DNA of 29,444 bases from Archangiaceae bacterium (GTDB taxonomy: Bacteria > Myxococcota > Myxococcia > Myxococcales > Myxococcaceae). Both the position numbers and the translations under genes were made by a program. This document shows, one piece after another, positions 1 to 11,159 of the stretch; the stretch's first letter is position 1; every line of letters begins with the position of its first letter. The notes under the pieces were generated by a model that was not told where the DNA came from, searched no databases, and was given only the letters and a program-made list of their open reading frames with translations. Location: contig JAYVCD010000354.1 of assembly GCA_043750125.1 (NCBI GenBank), positions 1-29,444 of the forward strand. Direction: 5' to 3'.

Positions 1-104
1 CGCGGAAGCGATCGGATTTGCTGCGGGATCTGCGGCGCGGCGCAGGACTCTCAGCGACGCTGCGCTCGGAAATCACCCGGATTTTCCGGACAAGCTGTAA
101 CTAG
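1..104 (+). CDS. Probable 3' end of a convergent gene (partial, product unknown)
   Basis: Frame from nt 3 is open with GC3-rich codons (RKRSDLLRDLRRG...IFRTSCN). It ends at TAG 102-104, overlapping the opposite-strand stop in CTAG. An alternative frame ends at TAA 98-100. Confidence 0.3.
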   Translation, partial: RKRSDLLRDLRRGAGLSATLRSEITRIFRTSCN

Positions 105-1630
105 AAGACGCTGGTTCGGCTGCGCAGCATCGAGGTCAGCATGCCTTCGATCGCCTCGCGGGCGCGGTTATTGGTGTGAGCGACCCACGCCAGATCGTGC
201 TCGGCATCGTCCGGGGCCTGCGAGAGGTCAATGGGCGGCCCGAACCGAATGTGCCACTTCGCCGGAAGGGGCGGCACGGTGATCGGCAGGTAGGGCATTC
301 CCAGAATCCGTGCAGGAAGCCGCGCCAGCAGCGGCATCGATTCTTCGGCGCCCACGATCGCCACCGGCACGATCGGCACCTTCAGGCGCACCGCGAGCTT
401 CACGTAGCCGCCGCGCCCAAAGCGCTTGAGCTGGTAGCGCTCGCCAAAGCTCTTCGAGATTCCCTGGATTCCTTCGGGGAAGACCACCACCGGCAGCTTC
501 TCTTCGAGCAGCCGGGTCGCGTTCTCGGGGTTGGCGCGCACCGCACCGAGGCGGTTGGCGAGCACTCCGACGAACGGGGCATGGAACACCTGGTCTTCCA
601 TCAACCAACGCGCGTCCGGAAGATCTGCGCGTTCCCGCCGCAGCGCCAGATGGAGCATCGGCCCATCGAGCGGCAGGGCGCCTGAGTGGTTGGCGACGAG
701 AATCGCAGCTCCGGCCGGAACGTGATCCGCGCCTTCGACCGTGACCCGGAAATACTTGTCGTAGAGAAAGTCGGCCAGCGGCTCGAGCGACCGGGTGAGC
801 GAGAGATCTTTGCCCCATAGGTCGAGCTCGGTCGAACCGCTGATTCCCAGCGCGGTGCGGGCAGCGTTGAAGATTCCGGTGGCGGCGCCGGCCAGCGGGC
901 GGACGATGCTTCCGGTGAAGAGTTCGCGTGCGACGCCCAGCGCCAGCACCGGCCGGCTGGCCCGCGGCACCGCCGAGATTTCCCGATCGCTCATCGGGAC
1001 ATCGGGCCCGGACTGCTCGACCGTTTCGATCTCTGGCGCGCGCTTTCGGGTGGGCGGGCGGACCTCGACCGCATCGGGCGAGCCGCTGTGGAGAATCGTC
1101 GGGGGCCCCTCTGGCGGTCCGAGCTCACTCTTCACCACCGACTTCAGCTCGGGAGTGTTGGGGTGGGCGAGAAAGTCTTTGATCCGGTGGGGAGGCTGAC
1201 CCAGCCGGGCCATCTCGGGCGAGTCGGGGTGCGCGGTCGCGATCCCGTCGACCAACACGATCATCTGCGGCGAGCCGGAATGGGACGTGGGCTCCCACGC
1301 GCTCAGCCTTTCGGGAGGGCTGCCCAGCAGCGGCGCGCTGGGCGGGGGCGGGGCCACCGCGTCTTTCGGCGCCCCCTTGCTCATCATCTGACGCACGCTT
1401 TGACCCGCCGGCTTGTTCTTCCCCGCGGCTTTGGGCCAATCGCGCTGACCTGAAACCGGCGCCGCCTGCAGCGCGGCCGCCGGGCGCGGAGGCAGCCGGG
1501 GCTTCGCGTCGGGAATCGGCTTCGGCTCGGGGGTGATCGGCGCAGGCCGGGGGGCCCCTTCGATCACCGTCTCGGGGCGCACCGGCGCACCGCGCAAGAA
1601 CGGATCATTTCCAAGGACTCCCTTTGCCAT
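101..1630 (-). CDS. Lysophospholipid/PlsC-family acyltransferase with long Pro-rich N-terminal extension
   Basis: NHSGALPLD (HX4D), VVFPEG and VPIVPVAIVG motifs. Start set at ATG 1630 (MAKGVLGNDPF), which overlaps the upstream stop as TAATG. Confidence 0.9.
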   Translation of the reverse strand: MAKGVLGNDPFLRGAPVRPETVIEGAPRPAPITPEPKPIPDAKPRLPPRPAAALQAAPVSGQRDWPKAAGKNKPAGQSVRQMMSKGAPKDAVAPPPPSAPLLGSPPERLSAWEPTSHSGSPQMIVLVDGIATAHPDSPEMARLGQPPHRIKDFLAHPNTPELKSVVKSELGPPEGPPTILHSGSPDAVEVRPPTRKRAPEIETVEQSGPDVPMSDREISAVPRASRPVLALGVARELFTGSIVRPLAGAATGIFNAARTALGISGSTELDLWGKDLSLTRSLEPLADFLYDKYFRVTVEGADHVPAGAAILVANHSGALPLDGPMLHLALRRERADLPDARWLMEDQVFHAPFVGVLANRLGAVRANPENATRLLEEKLPVVVFPEGIQGISKSFGERYQLKRFGRGGYVKLAVRLKVPIVPVAIVGAEESMPLLARLPARILGMPYLPITVPPLPAKWHIRFGPPIDLSQAPDDAEHDLAWVAHTNNRAREAIEGMLTSMLRSRTSVF

Positions 1631-2625
1631 TACGAAGCCCTCCTTACTGCGGCAATCGCGTCGCTCGCCTGCCACTTCGGCATGAACTGAAGCTCACGCG
1701 CCGCTCGGGTCCCGTCAGCAACCCAGCTGTAGTGCAAATAGTCCATCAACGGGGGCAGGGCGGTGGGGGCCCCCAGGGCGTCGAGCGCGCGCATCGCGTT
1801 GATCAAAATAGTTCGGGGAAGGGGCACCGCCTGTCCTCCCGAAAGCCTCACTACCGCCGAAAGGGGCAGCACGCCCTCGGCGGCGACGTTGAAGGCTCCA
1901 GTCGCTTGGCTGAACAGCGCGGTGTGGAGCGCATCGGCGGCGTCCTCTTCGTGCAGCACCTGCCACAGCGGGTCAAAGCCGAGCAAGGTGGGCACCACCC
2001 GCGTTCGCAGCCAACGGGTGATCGGGTTGTCCGAGGTGGGCCCCACGATCGGAGCAAAACGCAGCACCAGCACCTGCATTCGGGGGTGCGCGGCGCGGAA
2101 GATCTGCAGCTGATTCTCGACCTCGACCTTGTCGTTGACGAAGCGGCTGCCCGGGCACCCCGCGAGCAGCGCCGCTTCGGTGATCAACGCCGGCGCATTG
2201 GCCCGGGCTCCGTACAGCGCCGTCAGCGAAGGAAAGATCAACCGCTTCAGGCCCAGCGCCGCTGCGGCGGCGAGGACGTGCATCGAGCCAATCACCTCGA
2301 GCTCGTGGGCGAAGGCCGCGCTGCGCACCCGGGAACTGATGAACGCCAGGTGGTAGAGCGCCTGCACCTTCGTCTCGGTCAGCGCCGCCGCCAGCTCATT
2401 TTCAATTCCTGGCCGGGTGAGGTCGACCCGCCGAAACTCGACCTTGCTCATGGGCACCGGGGCCGCGACATCGAGGGCGATCACCTTTTCGACCCGCGGA
2501 TCTTCAGCCAGCCGAGGCAGCAACAGGCGGCCCAGATCTCCGGTCGCACCCGTGACTCCCACCACCAGGCCTTTGGCGGGCCGGGTCGAAGCGTTCTTGC
2601 TTTTTGACTTGTCGCTCCCCACCAT
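1630..2625 (-). CDS. NAD-dependent epimerase/dehydratase (extended SDR)
   Basis: VGVTGATGDLG Rossmann motif, HLAF, SLTALYG, and FVNDK in place of YxxxK. Start at ATG 2625 (alternative 2637). Translationally coupled to the acyltransferase. Confidence 0.85.
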   Translation of the reverse strand: MVGSDKSKSKNASTRPAKGLVVGVTGATGDLGRLLLPRLAEDPRVEKVIALDVAAPVPMSKVEFRRVDLTRPGIENELAAALTETKVQALYHLAFISSRVRSAAFAHELEVIGSMHVLAAAAALGLKRLIFPSLTALYGARANAPALITEAALLAGCPGSRFVNDKVEVENQLQIFRAAHPRMQVLVLRFAPIVGPTSDNPITRWLRTRVVPTLLGFDPLWQVLHEEDAADALHTALFSQATGAFNVAAEGVLPLSAVVRLSGGQAVPLPRTILINAMRALDALGAPTALPPLMDYLHYSWVADGTRAARELQFMPKWQASDAIAAVRRAS

Positions 2626-2635
2626 TGCCCCGCGC

Positions 2636-3658
2636 ATGTACCCCAATCGTCCGGGCCTTGAAAGGCGTTGGGCAGCACTGGCGCTGTTGCTGCTGGCGCC
2701 GACGGCGTGGGCCCACGACGCGGACATCATCTACGCGACGCTCACCGAGCAGCCGGGGGGCAGCCTGGAAGAGAAGGTCACCCTCACCGCCAGCACCCTG
2801 AGCCAGCTGGCGCCCATCGACGCGGACAAAGACGGCGCGCTGTCCCAGGCCGATCTCGACGCACGCTCGAGCGCAATCGCCGCGGGCGTGTGGGAGCAGA
2901 TCCCGCTCGAGGCGGCGGCCCCATGCCTGCGCAGCGCCGAGCACGCGGTCTTGCGCGAAGGCTTTGTCGAGCTGTCGGCCCACTTCGTCTGCCCCCCGGG
3001 GCCGCTGAGTCAGGACTTCCGGATCTTGCGAACACTCACGTCCAACTACCGGGTGGTGCTCGGCAGCCAATTGGACGGCCAGACGGGGCAGGTGTTTGCC
3101 CAGGGCAACGTGCAGCGGCTGCTGCTGCGCGCCGCGCCTGCCTCGGCCGATGCGGTCACTTCGGGTTTCGCGGCGGGAGCGCTGACTCCCTGGGTCGCTT
3201 TCGATGTCACGCTGCTGTTCTTGCTGTCGCTGCTGCTGGCCGGCTCGGTCGGGGCGGTCGCCGAACGCTGGCTGGTTCTGACCTTGAGCCTGGCGGTGGT
3301 CTCATTGACCCTGGGCGCCCTGGAGCTGCGGGTCCCCGAAATCGTCGGCGAAGCCATCGTCGCCACAGTCGGAGTTGCCTTTGCCTTTCTGGTCCTGGCG
3401 CGCGATCGGGCCCAGGCGCCGCTGATCGCGTTGGGGCTGTTGGCGATCGGTGAAAGCCTGCGCGAGAGCACGGGAGGATCCTTGCCATTTCAGGCGGGGC
3501 GCGCGGTCGGCCTGGGGCTGGTGGCCGGGGTGGGAGCCCCGATTTTGCGGATGATCGCCCGGCGTCCGGGCCTGAAGCGCGAGGCCACAGTGGCCCTTGC
3601 GTGCGCGTCATTGGCGGCGGTGGGATTTTCTCTCGTGCAAACCCTTCGCACTTTCTGA
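2636..3658 (+). CDS. HupE/UreJ-like membrane protein (signal peptide, soluble domain, multi-TM C-terminus), divergent
   Basis: Signal peptide ending AWA-HD, a DADKDG loop, and about 6 hydrophobic segments at the C-terminus. Architecture resembles myxobacterial HupE/UreJ proteins. ATG 2636 is the nearest in-frame start ahead of the signal peptide. Confidence 0.55.
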   Translation: MYPNRPGLERRWAALALLLLAPTAWAHDADIIYATLTEQPGGSLEEKVTLTASTLSQLAPIDADKDGALSQADLDARSSAIAAGVWEQIPLEAAAPCLRSAEHAVLREGFVELSAHFVCPPGPLSQDFRILRTLTSNYRVVLGSQLDGQTGQVFAQGNVQRLLLRAAPASADAVTSGFAAGALTPWVAFDVTLLFLLSLLLAGSVGAVAERWLVLTLSLAVVSLTLGALELRVPEIVGEAIVATVGVAFAFLVLARDRAQAPLIALGLLAIGESLRESTGGSLPFQAGRAVGLGLVAGVGAPILRMIARRPGLKREATVALACASLAAVGFSLVQTLRTF

Positions 3659-3676
3659 TTACCTCTGCACCACCCC

Positions 3677-4450
3677 ATGGCGCGCGAGTCCTACAACGAT
3701 CTGATCATGCAGTTGGGCGACCTGGCGCGAGAGCGCCTGGCGAACAAGCCCAGCCCGCCACGAACGATGGCCCAGGTCTTCGCCGCCGAGGACGACGTGC
3801 TCGCGATTCGCGATGAGAAGACCGCGCTTGAGACCCAGCTCAACGAGGAAGACGGTCATTACCAGGACTTCCTCGACCAGCAGACAGCCGAGCGCATCGA
3901 GCAGCAGCAGATCGTCAAGAAGTGGAGGAAGGCGGTCGAGGGCATCGAGGCGCGCACCCGAGATCTCCGCAAGACCATCGCCACGTCCAAAGCGACGATG
4001 CGCTACGAGAAGGTCAGCCTCAAGCGGGCAGAGCGCAGGCACGTCGACCTCGAGCAGGCCGAGGCGCACGAGATCAAGAAGATCGCCCTCTCGAAAGAGA
4101 ACTTGAAGAAGGTGCGGCTTCAGTTGATGCGCAAGCAGCGCAACATCGAAGACTCGGAATCCGAGTTCCTGCTCATCCTCACCCCCCGCCCCGGCCAGCC
4201 CGGAGCCCAGGGGATCCTCGCCCACAAGCGGTTGCTCGAGATGGAAGATGAGGCGGACGACCGCAAGGTCGACCACGAGGAAAAGATGAAGTCTCTCGAC
4301 CTGGAGATTGGTGCCCGCGAAGAGGAAGAGAAGGACGCCGAAGTGGGGCTCGACGAGGGAATTTTCGCTCTTGGCGAAGAGTGCTACGCCGAGCGGATTG
4401 CGGACCCCGCGCTCTCGGCTTTCTACCCGCGCATCGACAAAGCCAGGTAG
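3677..4450 (+). CDS. Hypothetical charged coiled-coil protein
   Basis: 257-aa ORF with strong GC3 bias and E/K/R/Q-rich helical composition; no recognisable enzyme motif. Confidence 0.8.
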   Translation: MARESYNDLIMQLGDLARERLANKPSPPRTMAQVFAAEDDVLAIRDEKTALETQLNEEDGHYQDFLDQQTAERIEQQQIVKKWRKAVEGIEARTRDLRKTIATSKATMRYEKVSLKRAERRHVDLEQAEAHEIKKIALSKENLKKVRLQLMRKQRNIEDSESEFLLILTPRPGQPGAQGILAHKRLLEMEDEADDRKVDHEEKMKSLDLEIGAREEEEKDAEVGLDEGIFALGEECYAERIADPALSAFYPRIDKAR

Positions 4451-4498
4451 CCCACCGACCCACGCAAAAGCTGCAGGCGAAGACAGTGTGGCCACGGC

Positions 4499-4528
4499 TT
4501 GACGCCCGCTTTATCCCACGCCTAGGGT
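4499..4528 (+). promoter_or_regulatory. Sigma70-type promoter candidate for rpsA
   Basis: TTGACG (4499-4504), 18 nt, TAGGGT (4523-4528), about 120 nt upstream of the rpsA ATG. Confidence 0.5.
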
Positions 4529-4646
4529 CCGCGCCCTTCGTCGCCAATTGTGGCGTTTGAGGTGCTTTTCGAGCGTTTTGCCCCCGCTCGAACCGGCAGT
4601 CGCGTGATCGGGGTGCAGTACGTCGAAGCAAGGAAATCTCTTACAT

Positions 4647-6362
<1,716 letters not shown>

Positions 6363-6386
6363 TCTTTTCTACCTCTTCGAAGAACA

Positions 6387-6428
6387 AGACGCCGGCTGCC
6401 CTCACGGGTGGTCGGCGTTTCGATTTTT
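6387..6428 (+). terminator. Rho-independent terminator after rpsA
   Basis: Stem AGACGCCGGCTGCCC / loop TCAC / GGGTGGTCGGCGTTT (with G-U pairs) followed by CGATTTTT. Confidence 0.75.
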
Positions 6429-6524
6429 CGAACCGGGCCGGCGCACCGTCCACCCTTAACCTTGAAATCGGTAGGGTTTGCGGCGAGAAGACGGGCCGTT
6501 ACTACCAGTCCGAGGAGATTTGCC

Positions 6525-7703
6525 ATGGCCCGCGACGTCGTCATTGTTGGAGCTGCCCGCACCCCGATCGGTGCTTTCCAGGGAGCCCTGTCCTCGCTCA
6601 CCGCTCCGCAATTGGGCGCGGTCGCAATCAAGGCCGCGCTCGAGCGCAGCGGAGTCAGCCCCGCTGCGGTCGACCAGGTGGTGATGGGCAACGTGCTCCA
6701 GGCAGGCGTAGGCCAGGCTCCGGCGCGACAGGCCGCGCTCTACGGAGGCATTCCGCACAGCACCCCGTGCATCACGGTGAACAAGGTCTGTGGCTCGGGG
6801 CTGCAGGCGGTGGTGCAGGCGGCCCAGGCCATCGCCCTGGGCGACGCCGAAGTGGTGGTCGCGGGTGGAATGGAATCGATGAGCAACGCCCCCTACCTGA
6901 GCCACGCGTTTCGCGGCGGGGCGCGAATGGGGAACTCGGAATTCAAAGACGCGATGATCCTCGATGGCCTCTGGGACCCGTACGACAACGTCCACATGGG
7001 CACCTGCGCCGAGGCCTGCGCCGAATCGATGAAGATTTCACGGTCGGCCCAAGACGAGTACTCGGTCGAATCGACCCGGCGGGCGATCAAGGCGCAGCAA
7101 GACGGCGCGTTCAAAGCCGAGATCTGCCCGGTCAGCGTCGCGCAGAAGAAAGGCGAGCCGCTGGTGGTGAGCGAAGACGAAGGCCCGAAGAACGCCAAGC
7201 CGGAAAAGATTCCCTCGCTCAAGTCGGTGTTCAAGAAAGACGGCACAATCACCGCCGCCAATGCGTCGTCGATCAGCGACGGCGCGGCGGTGGTGGTGCT
7301 GATGAGCGCCGAACGCGCCAAGGCTGAAGGCCGCACGGTGCTGGCCCGAATCACCGGTCACGCCGCTGCCGCACGCAAGCCGATCGAGTTTCCGATCGCG
7401 CCGGCCGATGCGATCAACAAGCTGCTGACGAAGAGCAAAGTGAGCTCGGCCGAAGTCGACCTCTGGGAAATCAACGAGGCGTTCGCAGTGGTGGCCATCG
7501 CCAACAACATGCTGCTCAAGCTCGACACCTCGAAGGTGAACGTCCGCGGGGGCGCGGTGGTGCTGGGTCACCCGATCGGGGCCTCGGGCGCGCGGCTGCT
7601 GGTGACGCTGCTCCACGAGCTCAAAGATCTCGGGAAAAGGCGCGGCGTCGCGTCGCTCTGCATCGGAGGCGGCGAAGGCATCGCGCTGATGGTCGAGCGA
7701 TGA
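6525..7703 (+). CDS. atoB: Acetyl-CoA C-acetyltransferase (thiolase)
   Basis: NKVCGSG, NEAF, GHPIGASG and CIGGG motifs. GAGGAG RBS precedes ATG 6525. Confidence 0.95.
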   Translation: MARDVVIVGAARTPIGAFQGALSSLTAPQLGAVAIKAALERSGVSPAAVDQVVMGNVLQAGVGQAPARQAALYGGIPHSTPCITVNKVCGSGLQAVVQAAQAIALGDAEVVVAGGMESMSNAPYLSHAFRGGARMGNSEFKDAMILDGLWDPYDNVHMGTCAEACAESMKISRSAQDEYSVESTRRAIKAQQDGAFKAEICPVSVAQKKGEPLVVSEDEGPKNAKPEKIPSLKSVFKKDGTITAANASSISDGAAVVVLMSAERAKAEGRTVLARITGHAAAARKPIEFPIAPADAINKLLTKSKVSSAEVDLWEINEAFAVVAIANNMLLKLDTSKVNVRGGAVVLGHPIGASGARLLVTLLHELKDLGKRRGVASLCIGGGEGIALMVER

Positions 7704-8398
7704 ACAAGGTCTTTGCGTCGGCCGCCGAGGCGGTGAAAGACATCGGCGATGGCTCGGTGCTGATGAGCGGCGGGTTTGGCTTGTGCGGCAACCCCGAGAA
7801 TCTGATCGCCGCGCTGCACCAGAAGGGCGTCAAGGGCTTGACCCTCATCTCGAACAACTGTGGGACCACCGAGCTCGGCCTGGGCGTGCTGCTCAAAGCG
7901 AAGCAGGTGAAGAAGATGATCAGCAGCTATGTCGGCGAGAACAAGGAATTCGAGCGCCAGTACCTGTCGGGAGAGCTGGAAGTCGAGCTCAACCCGCAAG
8001 GGACGCTGGCCGAGCGGATTCGAGCCGGTGGCTGCGGAATTGGCGGCTTCTTCACCCCCACCGGAGTGGGGACGGTGATCGCCGATGGGAAAGAGACGCG
8101 GGTCATCAACGGCCGCGAGTACGTGCTCGAGCTGCCGTTGAAGGCCGACTTCGCGATCGTCCGCGCGTGGAAGGGCGACACCTTCGGCAACCTCATCTTC
8201 CGCAAGACGGCCCGCAACTTCTCGCCGCTGATGTGCATGGCGGCGAAGACGACGATCGCCGAGGTCGAGCACCTGGTGCCGGCCGGCGAGCTGGATCCCG
8301 ACCAGATTCACCTGCCGTCGATCTTCGTCAAGCGGGTGGTGAAGAGCGTCGGGCTCAACAAGTGGATCGAAAAGAAGACCGTACGGAAGGCGAGCTGA
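7700..8398 (+). CDS. scoA: 3-oxoacid CoA-transferase subunit A
   Basis: [19 protein letters not shown] and [13 protein letters not shown] motifs. ATGA overlap with the thiolase. Confidence 0.95.
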   Translation: MNKVFASAAEAVKDIGDGSVLMSGGFGLCGNPENLIAALHQKGVKGLTLISNNCGTTELGLGVLLKAKQVKKMISSYVGENKEFERQYLSGELEVELNPQGTLAERIRAGGCGIGGFFTPTGVGTVIADGKETRVINGREYVLELPLKADFAIVRAWKGDTFGNLIFRKTARNFSPLMCMAAKTTIAEVEHLVPAGELDPDQIHLPSIFVKRVVKSVGLNKWIEKKTVRKAS

Positions 8399-8399
8399 C

Positions 8400-9056
8400 A
8401 TGCCCCTGACTCGAGAGCAGATCGCCGCACGCGTCGCCCAGGAGTTCAAAGACGGCTACTACGTCAACCTCGGCATTGGCCTTCCCACCCTTGTCGCCAA
8501 CTACATTCCGAAGGGAATGGAAGTGATGCTGCAGTCCGAGAACGGGCTGCTCGGCATCGGGCCCTGGCCGGTCGATGGGCAGGAAGATGCCGACCAGATC
8601 AACGCCGGCAAAGAGACGGTCACCGTGGTGCCGGGCGCCTCTTTCTTCGATTCGGCGATGAGCTTCGGGATGATCCGGGGCGGTCACGTCGACATGGCGG
8701 TGCTCGGGGCGATGGAAGTCAGCGCCCAGGGGGACCTCGCCAACTGGACCATTCCCGGAAAGATGATCAAGGGCATGGGCGGAGCGATGGACCTGGCGAT
8801 TGGGGCCAAGAAAGTCTTCGTCGCGATGGAACACGCGAACAAGGAAGGCGCCCCCAAGATCTTGAATTCCTGCGCGCTGCCGCTGACGGGCAAGAAGTGT
8901 GTCCACTTCATCGTCACCGACCTGGCGTTTCTCGAAGTCACCCCCGAAGGCCTGGTGCTGCGCGAGCTTGCCCCGGGAGAGAGCGTCGAATCGGTACAGA
9001 AGCTCACCCAGCCGAAGCTTCGGATTTCAAGCGATTTGAAGACGATCAAGGTCTGA
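8400..9056 (+). CDS. scoB: 3-oxoacid CoA-transferase subunit B
   Basis: [14 protein letters not shown] (catalytic Glu) and GMGGAMDL motifs. Confidence 0.95.
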   Translation: MPLTREQIAARVAQEFKDGYYVNLGIGLPTLVANYIPKGMEVMLQSENGLLGIGPWPVDGQEDADQINAGKETVTVVPGASFFDSAMSFGMIRGGHVDMAVLGAMEVSAQGDLANWTIPGKMIKGMGGAMDLAIGAKKVFVAMEHANKEGAPKILNSCALPLTGKKCVHFIVTDLAFLEVTPEGLVLRELAPGESVESVQKLTQPKLRISSDLKTIKV

Positions 9057-9058
9057 CG

Positions 9059-9463
9059 ATGCGGACTTTCGACGAAGTGCTGGCCCACCTGCCGACGGTC
9101 GAGAAGAGCTCCACCCCCGGGCTGGGCTGGGCGTTGGCCCACTGCGCGCAGAGCCTCGAATTCTCGGTCACCGGGTTTCCGACCCAGAAGCCCGCCTGGT
9201 TCCAGCAGACCATCGGGCGGGTGGTGCTGGGGCGGTTCCTGAAAAAGGGGGCGATGTCCCACGACGTGGAAGCGGCGATTCCCGGCGCGGCCGACGTACC
9301 GCGTGACACTTCGGCGGCCGACGGAGCGCAACGGCTGCGGGCGGCAATCGCGCTTTTTCGGGGGCATTCGGGCCCGCTGGCGCCCCACGTCGTCTACGGA
9401 AAAGTCGACCGCGTCGGTTGCGAGTCGGTGCACTCAATGCACATCGCCAACCATCTCGCCTAG
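9059..9463 (+). CDS. DUF1569 / DinB-like protein
   Basis: LAHCAQSLEFS...APHVVYG...HSMHIANHL His pattern. ATG lies 2 nt after the scoB stop. Confidence 0.75.
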   Translation: MRTFDEVLAHLPTVEKSSTPGLGWALAHCAQSLEFSVTGFPTQKPAWFQQTIGRVVLGRFLKKGAMSHDVEAAIPGAADVPRDTSAADGAQRLRAAIALFRGHSGPLAPHVVYGKVDRVGCESVHSMHIANHLA

Positions 9464-9497
9464 CGGGGCGACTCAACACGGGTATAGTTGAGAGGCC

Positions 9498-9893
9498 ATG
9501 GCTGACAAGTTGGAGAAAAAGACTGGAGCGGCAAAGCGTCAGGCCGACCGGCTGCAGCACGAGCTCCTTGTCGCCTACCGGACGGTCGATGGCTTCATCA
9601 CCGACTGGGCGGTCAATATTTCCCGCGGTGGAATGTTCATCAACACCCGCAACCCGCTCGCCCTGGGCAGCACCGTTCGGCTGATCATCTCGCTTCCGGA
9701 CGCCGCCTTTCCCTTCGATCTCAACGGCAAAGTGATTCGCGTCAGCGAGTTCGACAACGTTCAGAATCAGGTTCCCGGAATGGGGATCGAGTTCGTCGAT
9801 GTCGACGAAGAAAAGCAGGTCCGAATCGAGCGTTTCGTGGAGCGGCTGCGCAAAGAGCTCCCTGACGCCGAGGTCCCGCGCAAAGCCACCTAG
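9498..9893 (+). CDS. Single-domain PilZ protein (TIGR02266-like)
   Basis: RQADR (RxxxR), NISRGG (D/NxSxxG) and GMGIEF motifs. GAGAGG RBS. Confidence 0.9.
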   Translation: MADKLEKKTGAAKRQADRLQHELLVAYRTVDGFITDWAVNISRGGMFINTRNPLALGSTVRLIISLPDAAFPFDLNGKVIRVSEFDNVQNQVPGMGIEFVDVDEEKQVRIERFVERLRKELPDAEVPRKAT

Positions 9894-9915
9894 TTTGGGT
9901 TTTGACGGGTTTTCC

Positions 9916-11154
9916 GTGCGGCAAGAAGAGCTGACCATCGAGCGCCTGGCCAAGTCGGGCGATGGCGTCGCGCACCTCGGGGGTCGCACCGTCTTCGTCG
10001 AAGGGGCGTTGCCGGGCGAAAAGGTCACTGCGAACGTCACCCAGGTCGGTCGGGTGCTGCGCGGAGAAGTCGTCGTTTTCCACGTTCAGAGCCCGGATCG
10101 CAGAGCTCCCGGTTGTGTGCTGGCCGATCGGTGTGGAGGCTGTGACTGGCTCCACGTGTCCGAAGCCGTGCAGCGCAGTGAGAAGGAAGAGATCTTGCTG
10201 TCCGCGCTCGAGCACCTGGGCGGGTTTGACCGTTCAGCCCTCAAGCTGCTTCCCACTCGCTTCGGCGCGAAGAGCCTCGGCTATCGACGGCGCGCCGTGC
10301 TGCATCCGGTGGGTTCCCGCTTCGGCTTTTTCGGGCGCGGCACCCACCAGAAGGTCGAGGTCGACACTTGTCCGGCGCTGACCCAGCCGCTGCAGTCGAT
10401 GCCCGCGGCCCTGGCCTCGGCGCTGGGAAACGCGATCAAAGACGTGGACCAGGCGCACCTGCTCGAAGCGGAAGGCCAGGTGGCCGTCTCGCTGCACCTC
10501 AAAGGCCCCGTCAAGCCGAAGACCCGTCAGAAAGCAGAGGCGATCAGCCGCACCGGAATCGGCGTGGTCCTGGTGCCGAAAGCGGGGCAAAGCGAGAGCT
10601 TTGGAAAGGTCGAGCTGCCCGACGGAGAAGTGCGGGTTCGCCCCGACGGGTTCGCCCAGGCCAACGTGGAGGTCAACGCAATGCTGGTGGCCGCCGCGGT
10701 CGAAGCGCTGGCGCTCGAGGCTTCCCATTCGGTGCTCGAGCTGTACGCCGGAAATGGCAACTTCACCTTCGCGATCGCGCGGGGGGCGGCCCAGGTCCTG
10801 GCGGTCGAGTCTTCGCCGCTGTCCCTGCAGCTGGCGCAGAAGGCCGCGAGCGGAGTGGCCAACGTCCGCTTCGTTCAGGGCGACGCGCTGAAGATCATCG
10901 AGGGCCTGGGACGAGAGGGGCGGCAGTTCGATCGGATGCTGGTGGATCCCCCCCGAATGGGCGCGCTCGGGTTGGGTCGGCTTGCCGCCCGGTTGGATCC
11001 CACCCGCCTGGTCTACGTCGCGTGTGATCCCGCCGCGCTGGCCCGCGACGCCGAAGAGCTCGTCGCCCATGGCTTTCGGCCGGTGAGCCTGCAGCTGTTT
11101 GATCTGTTTCCCCAGACGCGTCATGTCGAAGCGGTGCTGGCGATGGAACGGTAA
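9916..11154 (+). CDS. rlmD: RlmD/TrmA-family RNA (uracil-5)-methyltransferase with TRAM domain and Fe-S motif
   Basis: GDG..VFVEGALPGE, CVLADRCGGC, FAQAN, ELYAGNGNF, VDPPR, YVACDP and DLFPQTRHVE motifs. GTG start at 9916. Confidence 0.85.
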   Translation: MRQEELTIERLAKSGDGVAHLGGRTVFVEGALPGEKVTANVTQVGRVLRGEVVVFHVQSPDRRAPGCVLADRCGGCDWLHVSEAVQRSEKEEILLSALEHLGGFDRSALKLLPTRFGAKSLGYRRRAVLHPVGSRFGFFGRGTHQKVEVDTCPALTQPLQSMPAALASALGNAIKDVDQAHLLEAEGQVAVSLHLKGPVKPKTRQKAEAISRTGIGVVLVPKAGQSESFGKVELPDGEVRVRPDGFAQANVEVNAMLVAAAVEALALEASHSVLELYAGNGNFTFAIARGAAQVLAVESSPLSLQLAQKAASGVANVRFVQGDALKIIEGLGREGRQFDRMLVDPPRMGALGLGRLAARLDPTRLVYVACDPAALARDAEELVAHGFRPVSLQLFDLFPQTRHVEAVLAMER

Positions 11155-11159
11155 GGACC

